Assembly (NCBI GenBank): GCA_002269645.1
Contig: NIVC01005120.1
Span: forward strand, 1-25,691
From: Macrostomum lignano
Taxonomy: Eukaryota
DNA length: 25,691 bases
Direction: 5' to 3'
Part shown: piece after piece, positions 11,702 to 25,691 of the stretch
Position numbering within the stretch: the first letter of the stretch is position 1
How the letters are laid out: each line of letters opens with the position of its first letter
The notes under the pieces: model-generated
What the model saw: the letters and a program-made list of their open reading frames with translations, nothing else
Databases searched by the model: none
What the model was told of the DNA's origin: nothing
Translations under genes and position numbers: made by a program

Positions 11702-11857
11702 TCAGGTCTCACCGATGCAACCAAATATGGCAATGGCGGTCCGCAGTAAAACGGTCTCAAGTCCATCTTTGGTGATGGATGAGCACAAAAGCTTGGCTTC
11801 TTGAAGTCCAATTATGGAAATTTGTCTCCGACGGAGTGTTTTCAGTCTAGAATATTT
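11702..11857 (-). mobile_element. Possible decayed non-LTR retrotransposon AP-endonuclease fragment
   Basis: A minus-strand frame not in the ORF track reads KTLRRRQISIIGLQEAKL, resembling the first APE motif (L.R..IDI..LQET.). It stops within ~30 codons and there is no other LINE evidence. Confidence 0.25.
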
Positions 11858-13569
11858 CTATGTACAATGAGAAGAATGGAATTCTATTTTAAAAACTGAA
11901 ACTCAGACTTAGACTTAGGCCAGCTGCCTGTAAGCAACAACACTTATCTTAGACTTAGGTGAGAAAATGAACTAGCCTTATTTTTTTCAATGACAGTGTA
12001 CTGAACCTGTGCACCTTTTTACTGTCATAAATTGTAAACTAGAAAACAGACTCGAGAAGTACTTCTAAGTAGATATACTGAGTAGGCATATTTGTCCTGT
12101 GAATTCCAAAAACTTATCTGTATTAATCTTAGCAACAGATTGACCATTAAGAAGGAAACTAATGAAAAAAACTGTCAATACTCTCATCGGTTTAGCAACT
12201 CGATGAGAGGCAGCCTAGCTGATAACTAAAATATTATTTATAGTGTAATATTTTGAATTTTTCATCATTATCATGTTGATAGTTTATCGTAATTTTCATG
12301 TAACAATGAATTAAATTCTATCAACGCCGAGTGCTTTTTGAGTTCGCATTGATTGATCGACTTTTGTCTATGGTCGAAAACGACGAGCCCGAGCTTTCGT
12401 AGAAATTTACACCCCCACGTAATGGGTTGGTCGGCCGTTTAATTTGGCTCTTTTTTTTCAGTGGAACTCCAAGTCTATGGTAATAGTTGGGACTTTTGCT
12501 GGGCGTCGTAAGAAGACACGATGGCTAAACCGACTATATGATGCTGTTGAAGCAATCGTCGGAGTTCGAGTAAGAAGTAGAATCGAATTTTTATCAAGCC
12601 CCAGTGAAAAAGAAAGTTCTTAGGATACCTTTCTTAGGCCGAGCTTGAGAATAGCGTTCATGGACTCTCGACCATAGGCGCCGATGTGACACTTATTAGT
12701 TACTCTATATACCTATAGAAAGTAAGCTAAAAACACAACCATTTGAATTTGTAAACACTTATCGCCGATTAGAACTAATCGAGAGTTTTAAAGATCAGAT
12801 CGTTAAACTCTGTAGTCTAAAAATAGCTGCAAATGAAAACCGAAACTGCGCAATGAAAATGTACTCAAACAGCTGTGTACAGTCTGTTTGGTAGCGAACG
12901 CAGAATAGTTTTATTTTTAGCTTCGAAGAAAAGAGAGGTAGAACTCAAGAACTCAACTCAAGTGAACTTAAATTCGACAGGACAGCCATAATGGCACTCA
13001 CAACTATGATCATTACGCATATATCCATAGTTTTAAAATCTTATATAATGCATGCTGTCAACTATACTTGATTTGACGAACAAAATAAGTAATTTATTTT
13101 GCCTTCCTGTATAATAATTTTACGGTTTTCTGTTGCATAGTTAAGAACTTGAATTCCGATTTGAAGGCCGATGAGCAGTGCTCGGCAGAAAGGAGCCAAA
13201 GAGCCTTGGCTGTAATAGTAGTAGTACGAGTAAAGGCTCAATCACACTGCAATCAAATGAAAGACCAAGTCACACGACTAGTTTGACTACACAGCATTTC
13301 CTCATTTTTCTGTGATCACTTGAAATCTCAGCTAACATAGAAAATTTTCAAATTCAGCGACAAAAGTTAATAACGCGAGGGCCAGTTGATTAACTAAAAC
13401 GCTGTAAATTGGTCGCTTGCCTCTTACACAGCACTCGAAGTTGCGCAACACACAAAACTCAACTCAAGCCACTCTATTTCAACAACTCTCCGTCTAGTTT
13501 GACTGTCGCTTCACAATTGATTGGTCATCACACCAGTCAGGTTATTAACTATTTTATTTTCACATGAGC

Positions 13570-13680
13570 CAGGGGTCGGCAAACTCCGGCCGGCAGGGCA
13601 CATGCGGCTTGCAAAGCCTCTCTGTCCAACCTTAGCGGTCCTTTGAAGCTCCACAATAGCAATCCGGCCCTTAATGTTGG
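13570..13680 (+). mobile_element. Truncated hAT-type MITE, left end only
   Basis: Begins caggggtcggcaaactccggccggcagggcacatgcggc, the pattern of hAT (Charlie/SPIN-like) MITE termini CAGGGGTCGGCAAAC...CGGCCC...GGGCC.CATGCGGC. No matching right TIR was found in the window. Confidence 0.5.
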
Positions 13681-13863
13681 TCTCTTCTCAGTTCTCTTCT
13701 CTCTTCTCCTCTCTCCTCTCTCCTTCCTCCTCTCCCTCTCTCTCCTCTTTTCTACTCTCCTAACCTAATTTTCATCTCGTCTCCTCTTTGCTCCATTTCC
13801 TCGCCTCTCCCTTCTCCTATCTCCCTTCTTTCTTTTTTATTCCCTCTCATCTTCTCCTTCCTC
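13681..13863. repeat. CT-rich low-complexity pyrimidine tract
   Basis: Directly visible; imperfect (CT)n/(CTT)n/(CCT)n mixture. Confidence 0.9.
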
Positions 13864-14101
13864 CGGACCGCAGTTATGCTCTATAGGATCTCTATCTAGC
13901 CCTTGAGATAAAAATCCGAACCCTGACATAATAGGAAAAAGAACCATCAGGAAAGTGTAATATGCTTGCTAGGTTGTTCGTTAGCTCGCGCCAGTTATAT
14001 CAATAAGAGCGCTGGCCTTTGTACTCTGATACAGACTGTACACTGGTACAATGTACAAAATAGCTTTCTCAAACTTGCTCAAAATATATATGTACAATTT
14101 A

Positions 14102-14201
14102 GGCTCGACTGAGGTCATTGTCAAAGATTCGTTATTCATCAACTCAAATTTAGTGTGATCACTCGAAAATTGGCCTCATTTGATGGCGGTGTGAACGAGC
14201 C
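14102..14201. mobile_element. Possible PIF/Harbinger-type MITE remnant
   Basis: TTA direct repeats (14099-14101, 14202-14204) flank a 6-bp TIR ggctcg/cgagcc. The right end gtgtgaacgagcc is Harbinger-like; the left TIR matches for only 6 bp. Confidence 0.35.
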
Positions 14202-14419
14202 TTAATGGTTGTGCTACTCCCGACTCGGGGTGTGCTAGATAAGTTTCTAGAAGTTCCCAGAATACGTTAGTACAATATTAGTAAACTCTATGATTAAATA
14301 TGTTATTGAGGTCAGCCAGGTTTGGAACTATATTTAGTTTGGCTGGAATGAAGATTTGGATTTAATTTTCATATTCGTAGAATTTGAATTCGCGCGCTCT
14401 AATCATAAATACTACTCAA

Positions 14420-14717
14420 GGACTACTTAAGTAGAACGGATGGGAAACTACGTTGCCTAAAAAAATAAGAATTTGAGCAAAAATGCGTAACAGAAAGATA
14501 AAATCGATTAATAAAAACATTGAGTTGAGTCGTTGCCGTTTTCTAAGATTTTAGACATATGACGCGTACGTAGGATAAAAAATTAACGGAATTCTAATTT
14601 TATAAACGAAAAGCTTTGTGAAAACCTACTATATCTCCTTAATGCATTTTTCTGTAAAATCTGCCTTCAAAAACTTCCCAAGAAGCGTAGTTTCCTGTCC
14701 TTCTACTTGACTAGTCC
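14420..14717. mobile_element. Kolobok-like non-autonomous DNA transposon (MITE), 298 bp
   Basis: Left TIR ggactacttaagtagaacggatgggaaactacg (14420-14452) vs reverse complement of right end ggactagtcaagtagaaggacaggaaactacg (14686-14717): 28/33 identical. Flanked by TCAA (14416-14419) and TTAA (14718-14721). A TTAA TSD with RR-starting TIRs is the Kolobok pattern. Confidence 0.7.
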
Positions 14718-15314
14718 TTAATGCTACTATGAGTAGCTCAAAGCTGCGAACACAGAATTTATAATGTTTATGGTCCGGAAATTTCTCAGAGAGTCTTCCA
14801 AGAGTTGATGTTAAGTTTCGAGCTGATATTACCTGCCGGGGAAAAGAACTTTATGAAAAACTGATTTGTTTTATAGATTAATGTGTTACGTCTTTTCGGG
14901 AAGTCACTTTGACTTCCCAATAAAATTAAAGAGATAAAATTGGCAATGGTAGCCTCACTACCGCAGTATACACGCATAAAAGTTTCTAGAATGCATGTTT
15001 TTTGGAATTGTATTTACAAATCAATTGTCAATGACAGTCAAAATCATACTTATTGATTATTGACGAATTGAATTTTCAATTGCGAATACTATAATTAATA
15101 ATGAATAAATATTTTGTGTGAAAAAAACAACTTAAAATATGGTATATAGTAGCATTCAGATGCGCTGTAGCTAAATTGCTACATGATTTTCAGGAAATTT
15201 GTGTCGAAAAAAATTATGCACCTAAAACCTCTATACTCGTAGCATACGAGAAAGCCATCTTCGAATAGATATTATAGACACAGAAGAAAACTGGAATTGT
15301 AAACAGATGAAACA

Positions 15315-15320
15315 TTTATT
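15315..15320 (-). promoter_or_regulatory. Candidate polyadenylation signal (AATAAA) of ankyrin-kinase A
   Basis: tttatt on + strand, ~115 nt downstream of the TGA at 15435. Confidence 0.4.
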
Positions 15321-15434
15321 ACATCCTTGATAACACATTTATATTAAGTACGATATTTGAGTACACTCGTATTGTCAGAGTTATATGATTTAAAAATTTG
15401 GCAATTAGTAAGACTTAATTAGAAGCACATTAAT

Positions 15435-18569
<3,135 letters not shown>

Positions 18570-20630
18570 TTCAGTTGCTACGAGAAGTGTACAGACAGAC
18601 AGTTTTATTTTAATTATTCTGTCTGAAAGGAGTTGATATACACGTATGCGACGCTCACGCTAGGGCTTTTTGTGCACCATTCAAACAACTAAAGGCAGAC
18701 TAATTGTGTTGCAGACCGCACAAACTATTTTAGCTCTGCCTTGTACAAGCGTACTTGTACATTAATTTAAGCTAATGGTAAAGTCAGTGTTAAGTCAAGG
18801 ATCAATAATTTTGAACCGTGGGGTTTGCTCACGGTCACAACAGCTGTTGTAGCAAGGAAGGTATGGATAGACAACTTTTTAGACCAGTGTTTCTCTCGAT
18901 CTAGTGTACATTGCCTTTTGTTTTTCCTAGAAAGGACTTTTTATTTAGTTTTGCCTACTCGATTGCGTGCCAGTTCACCTTAACCTCATTAGATAGATCT
19001 ATCTAAAAATGCAATTTTTACTATATTGGACTAGCAATTTTAGCCCCCCATTTGGGGGAAAGGGCTGAAAAATCAAGCATTTGCTACTATGATGGAAAAT
19101 CCCCAGGATGACATCCGTTCAGTACTTGGAACAAGTTCCTAATAGTAGCAAATCCCCTCATAGTGAAAAAACACTTAGAATAATGAGGAATTCTTTCAAA
19201 CGTATAAAAAATTAACGTTTTATTGAGTTTTCATGGTAACGGAATAACAAATTTGCTTTAATTATTCTAACTCGCGTTACCTTCCGTTACTATATCTCTT
19301 TTTTAGCTTCTTCTTACAGATTTTCTTCCGGTTTTTTCGCCATTTTCCTAGCACTGACGACAATCGTTTTACACCTTAAACTTACCTTTTTTAAAAGGTT
19401 TATTATTAAATTTAGATCTTTTTGGTCAACCTATACTATTTCTACAGGCTGTAAAAATGAAAAGAAACAAGCAAATACACGCGAAATTAATGTTGCAGAT
19501 TCTTGGAAACACAAACTGATATAATTGTACAGGTGTGTCAGGTGAGAACCAAAGACACGACTACATGATTTTCTCCCCGATTAATTAAACTCTCTGACAG
19601 AGCAGCTCGATGCTTGTCTTCAATTCGGAACGTCATTTGTTTTATTCTGCTGATGTTGTTGAAATTTTCAACCACAATTACCAACTAATCAACAGAACAG
19701 AGTTTTGAAACACGTCTGCGATTGATGGACTTGATGGCATTAAGAGTTTTACTATCAATTCAAGTCTTCTTGTCTTCTTCGATGCGGATTCGAGTTCTGG
19801 GACTATCATTAAGTTGCTCTTCACCAAGTACTACTAATCCTCCGAAGCTACCTTTTTTGCAAAAGCTGTCAAAAATCTTTGCAGTGGAATTAGTAGAATT
19901 CTTGCTATGTTTATTCATTGTAGCAACTGCCATTTGTCCCATCCATCTAATATACAGGAAAAAAAACTATTTTTGGACAGAGAAATAAGCAAACCATTTC
20001 ATTAAATTGGAGAGAGTGATGGGTGCACATGGATAAACACAGGCTCTCAGTTCTCAGTCCCTAATGGTCGGCCAATAGAGACAGCACAACCCTCTTGAAA
20101 ATGAGGGAGGTTGTAGGAACGAGGAACGAGCTTACCTTTAAAACTGACTCAGTCGCCTTAGTTATCTAAGCTCATTGCATGGGTTCCTTAATAAAGTTCA
20201 TTTAACATAGTCTTTATTTAACATTTGAAACTCAGAAGACAAAAAAAATTATTCAAATATAGGCCAACCCTACCGCTCCGACCCGAGTTTGCTGTCCAAT
20301 TTCTATTTATTAGTAATTCTGACTGCTCAGACGGTTGAGCTTAGATCTTATCTGATCTTATCTGGCTAAAGTATCTGAATCTGAATAGCTTTGCTTACAA
20401 ATTTTCTTTCTTGAACGCAAGCATTTCTATTCCTAAATAATTTAGACTGGCCTGTTCTTTATGGGGGTTAGGGGCTAAGTATGAGTATGTACCCATTAGA
20501 TTTTTCTATCTGGCTCTTAAAATCTTAAATAGCTCACAGATTGCACAGCTGCACAATAGAGACAACATTACGAAAGCTAGCACAGGGTAATTTCAATTCT
20601 CAAGCATTTCAAGGGCGATTTCTAAGAAAG

Positions 20631-20657
20631 ATGTGCGCAGACTACAGAGATGTCGAG
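20631..20657 (+). CDS. Putative first coding exon of ankyrin-kinase B (MCADYRDVE)
   Basis: ATG TGC GCA GAC TAC AGA GAT GTC GAG|GTAAGA is a phase-0 donor, in frame with either acceptor ctaccag| (21899) or tttcag| (21941). This mirrors the short phase-0 first exon of copy A, but sequence similarity is weak. Confidence 0.35.
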
Positions 20658-20769
20658 GTAAGAAAGTTTAATATTTCAATTGTGCAAAATTGATCCCCAA
20701 ATCTACATGTATGTCTAACATTAAATTCAATAATGCTTTCTTGTTGATAGTACGTAGTACATGTATTGT

Positions 20770-21017
20770 CGTAGTTAGCTAAATTATAGTTGATAACTGC
20801 GATAGTTAGCTAAATTATAGTTGATAACTGCGATAGTTTGCTAAATTATAGTTGATAACTGCGATAGTTAGCTAAATTATAGTTGATAACTGCGATAGTT
20901 AGCTAAATTATAGTTGATAACTGCGATAGTTAGCTAAATTATAGTTGATAACTGCGATAGTTAGCTAAATTATAGTTGATAACTGCGATAGTTTGCTAAA
21001 TTATAGTTGATAACTGC
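20770..21017. repeat. 31-bp AT-rich minisatellite, 8 copies
   Basis: Unit gatagttagctaaattatagttgataactgc at 20801, 20832 ... 20987, plus a slightly variant first copy. Confidence 0.97.
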
Positions 21018-21527
21018 GAGCGTAGAAATCAGCGCCCCCGTTGGGGAGCTAACAAAGAATGGAATACAAATTTTTGAATAAATTACATGTAGCTTCTCCT
21101 TGCAATAACCTCTGAAATTCCCCTTGTAAGTGGCTACGGGCTTCGGGGTTGGATTTAATGGCTGTGAATAACGAGACAATCACAAGTCCCAAATGACGCT
21201 TTTGTTGTTGAACTGCCCTAAAAATCTGCTCCTCCCTACTCAACTGCCAGGAATTTTCTTTTCCTCCCTTTGAGTTCCCACTTTTCCCAGCTCTTTTGCA
21301 CTCCTGATCACCATCCCTTCACTAAAGTCGTACATATTAGATCGCGAGTTTGCAACTCCAAAATCCATCGGCTTGACAGCTTTTTGCGGGTTACAATTGA
21401 TTTTCAAATTTTTACCCGCGATATTTTGTTACATTAAAATTTTTTTAGGGCTAACGCTTCTCGAGATTTATGGACTTGGAGGTGTGCCTGGTTGCTAGCG
21501 AGCTGTCTGAAGGCTGATTCTCGGGGC

Positions 21528-21788
21528 GTGCCATCTATAGGGGTGCCATCTATAGGGGGTGCCATCTATAGGGGGTGCCATCTATAGGGGTGCCATCTAT
21601 AGGGGTGCCATCTATAGGGGGTGCCATCTATAGGGGTGCCATCTATAGGGGTGCCATCTATAGGGGTGCCATCTATAGGGGGTGCCATCTATAGGGGTGC
21701 CATCTATAGGAGTGCCATCTATAGGGGTGCCATCTATAGGGGGTGCCATCTATAGGGGTGCCATCTATAGGGGGTGCCATCTAGGGGG
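21528..21788. repeat. 16/17-bp minisatellite gtgccatctatagggg(g), ~17 copies
   Basis: Directly visible; units differ by G4 vs G5 run length. Confidence 0.97.
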
Positions 21789-21905
21789 CGAAGTTTGGAA
21801 ACCCGACCTTGTTTGTTTGCAACTCAACTGTGATTTTGCAGCTTAAAAAATTACAATCTTATATTTCCTGCCAAGGTTTAAACTGTCTATTTCTACCAGA
21901 CAAAC

Positions 21906-24900
21906 ATGAAGCATGACCAAAAACCATACTGGAACTTTCAGTTACAAAAGCTCTGCAGGCTCGTCATCCGCGGTGACTACCCTCTGCTACGTCAGCAGGC
22001 TACAGAGCAGCTGGTAGCTGCGGCTGATGGGGCAGGTAGGACTGTCCTCATGCTGGTGGCTGGCACTCGTTCGACAATCGTACAGTCTGAAAAGTGCATA
22101 CGGTACTTAATCCAGCTGGGCGCGGATCCCATGGCAGCTGATCAAACTGGAAACACGGCTGCTCACCTTGCGGCCCAGCGGGACCATCTGCGGCTGCTGG
22201 AGCTGCTGCCGTTCAATGCGAAGTGGCTGTCGAACCAGCAGGGCGCCACTCCGCTGATGGAGGCGTCGCGGACCGGCAGCTGGAGATGCGCCAAGCACCT
22301 GTTGCACCTGTTGCGGCAGAAGGCCTGGAACAACAGTAGGAGGTTTGGAAACGAAACAAGAGAAGAGCTGCTTGGTCAGACAGATGCCGACGGGCAAACA
22401 GCGTTGGATCTTGCTCGGCGCAGTGGCTACAAAGATATGGCTGCGGAAATTGAGCTGTGAGTTCTTGCTAACTCTGACTCTGAAACGTTATTTACCGTAA
22501 TTTACAGGTTTCTCCACAGCAAAGTAGGCAGGCATATTCCGGATCTGTTTAGTTACAAATAAAATTAAATTTAAAACTATTTTTAGAGAGCTGCGACTAT
22601 CGGTGGATAGATCGGGGTTTATTCACGGCCTCACAGAATCCGTAAGTTTGCACATTTTTCTGTGGTGTTGCACTCAGATGGATTTGCCTATGATCCGTCA
22701 CGTTTTTACTCCAAAAAGTTTTTTACCCTCAGCTTGGCTCCTCTCTCAACTACGTTCTTTATAACTTGAATGATGATTCATGGTCTCAAAATTGGCACTT
22801 TTGGCTCGGCTCCTGCAAAGTCCCCTGGAGTCTGAGAGGTCTCCCAGTAGAGTAGCTAGTTTGTGGGTCTGGATGTCAGAGCCATCCCGGTCTCGTCCAG
22901 TGAGAAAACTTGACGATTTAACTAGTTTCGCCGAGACTTAAGTCATCATCCCCCTTCGTCATCAAGTTAGCGATGAAGCCTGAGATCATTTGAGATCAGC
23001 ACAGCATGTTGGTTCTGCATGTAGTGTAGTTTTACATATGTAGTTCCGCATATTTTCCGCTAAATCATACATATTATTTGCTAAGTCGGGGCATTTCAGG
23101 CCAAGACCGTACATATGCATGTACATTATGGTTATTCGATAATGTATTTATATGTTCAGCAGTGTATAAAGGTTCAATTCAAGTTACCTCCTACAAAAGT
23201 TCTCTCTGTCCCTGTATGGTCAATGCAATGTAGTCCCAGCAGTGTCCCTTGATATCAAATATAATTTGGGGATGGACAGCAAAAAGTTTACAGGTAAGTC
23301 CAGTGCCCCATCTAGTCGTATATCTGATTGTAAAGGAAAAGCTGATTTCGTGAGTTACATGTAGTTGGAACGGATTTGGTGCACGGTGGGTTAGTTCAAT
23401 CTCAGGGTAAGTAACAGCATACAATGGTAGCTTCTAGTATTCCCTGGCTTGTCTCTCGCTGCCTGCTCCTAGCTCATAAATGGCAAGTCTTTTGTATGCT
23501 TTTAGAATTTGTAAAATTCTTGCAAAAATATTTAGGAAGAGGCGATCAGAGCTGAACTGGAGCAGCTGGCAAGATCCGGTGACGCGATGGAGCTGCGACG
23601 AGTTGTGACTCGAAGCAACTGCGACCTGCCTGACGCCCGCGGCTTCACCCTGCCAATGTGGGCAGCTGCCAACAAGGAACTGAATGATCCGGAATTGTGG
23701 GCTCGCCTGCTGCAACTGGCTGATGCCACCTGCGCAGCGGTGTCAGGAGAGAGCTGTCTGCATCGGGCAGCTGGCAGCGGTAGCCCCATCGCAGCTAATG
23801 CGCTAATGGATGCTGGAGCGTCATCAAACAGCACAGCCCAGTTCGGACTCACACCCTTGATGGTGGCGGCCAGTGCGGAGAGACTCAGCAATGCTGACGC
23901 GGTGGGCTGGGTTCTGCTGTCTGCCGGATCTGACTGGACGGCCATCGAACGAAAGGGCAGGACTGCCTTGAACTTGGCTACTAAGAATCCGTATAGATCT
24001 GACGGATTAGTTGAGCTGCTGAGTGGGTAAGCTGCCAATTTACTCATTTGAAAACGTAATCTAAAAAATGAAAGCCGCTAGAAGTTACGGTTGTATCGAT
24101 GCACATTTTTCGGAAGTCCACGTTTGCTCAAAATTGCATGAACAGTGTTGGCCGGGTCATAGCATTTATCTCGACGGAATCAAGATTCAAATCTGATGGT
24201 GGTTCCGTTGATGCAGAGTATTACAGGTCACAACTCTTGCAACATGAAGGGGTGGCGCATACCAGTACAGTAACTCGACTTCGGCAATGTTGCATTTTGG
24301 CCGACGTTTTCGAAGTCCATCTACGACGCTAGCAAATAAAAAATTTACATTGCGTCGACATTTGACCGACATATTTCAGGATGTACGCCCCACTTTTCAG
24401 CAGAGTTAGTCAAAATAATCTGGTGTAAGGATTCTCTGGCCATAATCTCCGATGAATTCGTTCAAGAAGTCTGCCATAAAGTTAAGGGATGCAACCAAAT
24501 ACCCAAAACACCAAATGCATTTATCAGTATGCTTATACGAAATCTATTGAACCTTAGCACGATATTTAATAATATATGATGCACATGCATAATCTCCATG
24601 CAATGCAGATACGATGGAAAGGGTTACTTCGACGAGCCGATTGAACCACCGTGAGTTAACCTTTGTAATTTTGTTACAAAACGATACAACATTGCATTAC
24701 TTACAACACTGCATAGAGGCCTTCAAATAAATATTATAAATATAAAAGATGAAACTCATAGTTTTCTCGTGTCACATGTGCATGTCACTTGTTCTGCCAC
24801 ATAGTTGGTCACTAAAAACGTCGTCCGTACGGGTCATGACACCTGGCGTGAAAATAACAAACAAAACTGTATTTTATTGACAAACATTTCAGCAAACCCT

Positions 24901-25246
24901 TTTGGAGGAGTTGGTCCAACAAGATTTTGCTCGGACGTGGCGGCTTCGGCGACGTTAACGAAGTGTTCACCGACAGAGAGGTCAGATGCGTCGCAAAGAC
25001 TCTCAGATTTCCCATGCAGTTGGGAGACGATCGTCACGTCTTGTCTGAAAAAGTTAACAAAGCTGTTGAAAGCGAGAGGAATATGTGCTTACTATGGCAT
25101 GAGAACATCGTCCGATTCATGTACATTGCTCAGCAGGAGCAAATAACGGTTGTGATATTCATGGAGCTCCTTAGTGGCCAGTCATTAGAAAGGTTTCTTC
25201 AAGAAAGCCCCTAGAAGAAGCTACGACTTGGAAGTTCTGCACACAG
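21906..25246 (+). pseudogene. Ankyrin-ankyrin-kinase copy B, frameshifted/truncated paralog of copy A; exons 21906..22456, (22508..22523?), 23536..24026, 24609..24650, 24893..25246
   Basis: Exon-by-exon homology to A (LVIRGDY, GATPLMEA, RCAKHLLHLLRQ; ELEQLARSGD; YDGKGYFDEPIEP vs YEKRKFFDEPLQL; GRGGFGDV, RCVAKTLR) with the same donor phases. The N-lobe exon is 354 nt vs 355 in A, giving TAG at 25212. No HRD/DFG/APE exon is visible before the window end. An assembly error in a C-run cannot be excluded. Confidence 0.7.
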
Positions 25247-25691
25247 GTAAGAGAATCGGATTTTGTTCACACGTCTTTTTATAAACTATAGAACAGTCAG
25301 GAACCTGAGGAAAGTTTTTATGGAGAGTGAATAGAATTCAACCTTATATGAAACTTCTCAGATTCCGCAGCGGGGTGCTGTACTTTGTTACCGCACACGA
25401 CACTTTATTTGCTAAAAGTGCAAGCGTCCTTTAAACGGACTTTTGACGCATTTTAGCATATCGCATCTCTATAGGGAACCAGGGAGCTATAAATTGCTGT
25501 TTCAAAGTGACATTCAAGAGATTATTTATCAAACTGAAAGGTACATGTACACGTATGTATTCACCTCTTTCGAGATTTATCATTTCGTGGTTTCTCATAT
25601 TTTTCAAACGACAGTTTATCCAAAATAATTGTAAGTTTGGAGATGAAAGGGTCCCCAATTTAAAATTAAAACCCTAAATTACTGCATACAT

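Noticed and set aside
12480-12600. GRRKKTRWLN resembling an RTE LINE C-terminus
   Set aside because: The match is too short and degenerate, with no adjacent RT motifs.
19538-19966. 143-codon minus-strand frame with only two internal stops
   Set aside because: No recognisable motif, and it is plausible by chance given six frames over many kb. A BLASTX hit would be needed to revive it.
21528-21788. CTCF-like motif (CCTATAGATGGCAC) on the minus strand of each unit
   Set aside because: Mismatch at a core position, the host is unidentified and may lack CTCF, and there is no binding evidence.

Overview
Eukaryotic (animal) genomic DNA with GT-AG introns, GC-richer exons in AT-rich spacers, many simple/tandem repeats and MITE remnants. 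There are no prokaryotic features, CRISPR arrays or recognisable RNA genes. The style resembles a free-living flatworm such as Macrostomum, but that is a low-confidence inference. Four genes can be rebuilt by hand from splice sites. (1) A two-exon divergent dynein light chain (LC8-family) gene (+, 403-1737). (2) A ~1748-aa TRP channel (-, 3398-8921) encoded almost entirely by one 4.9-kb exon; it joins ~23 ankyrin-like repeats to a TRPM-like channel/TRP domain. (3) An intact 7-exon, 656-aa ankyrin-ankyrin-Ser/Thr kinase (-, 15435-18569) with an HRDIN catalytic loop; its first intron is almost entirely a (GTAA)n array that supplies the splice donor. (4) Its head-to-head paralog (+, ~21906-25246), with conserved intron phases but a 1-bp frameshift/stop and no visible catalytic C-lobe exon. 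A 1.7-kb 20-bp minisatellite with higher-order structure, three smaller minisatellites and several MITEs fill the rest. The most novel-looking elements are the ankyrin/TRPM hybrid channel, the paired intact/truncated ankyrin-kinases and the splice-donor microsatellite intron.
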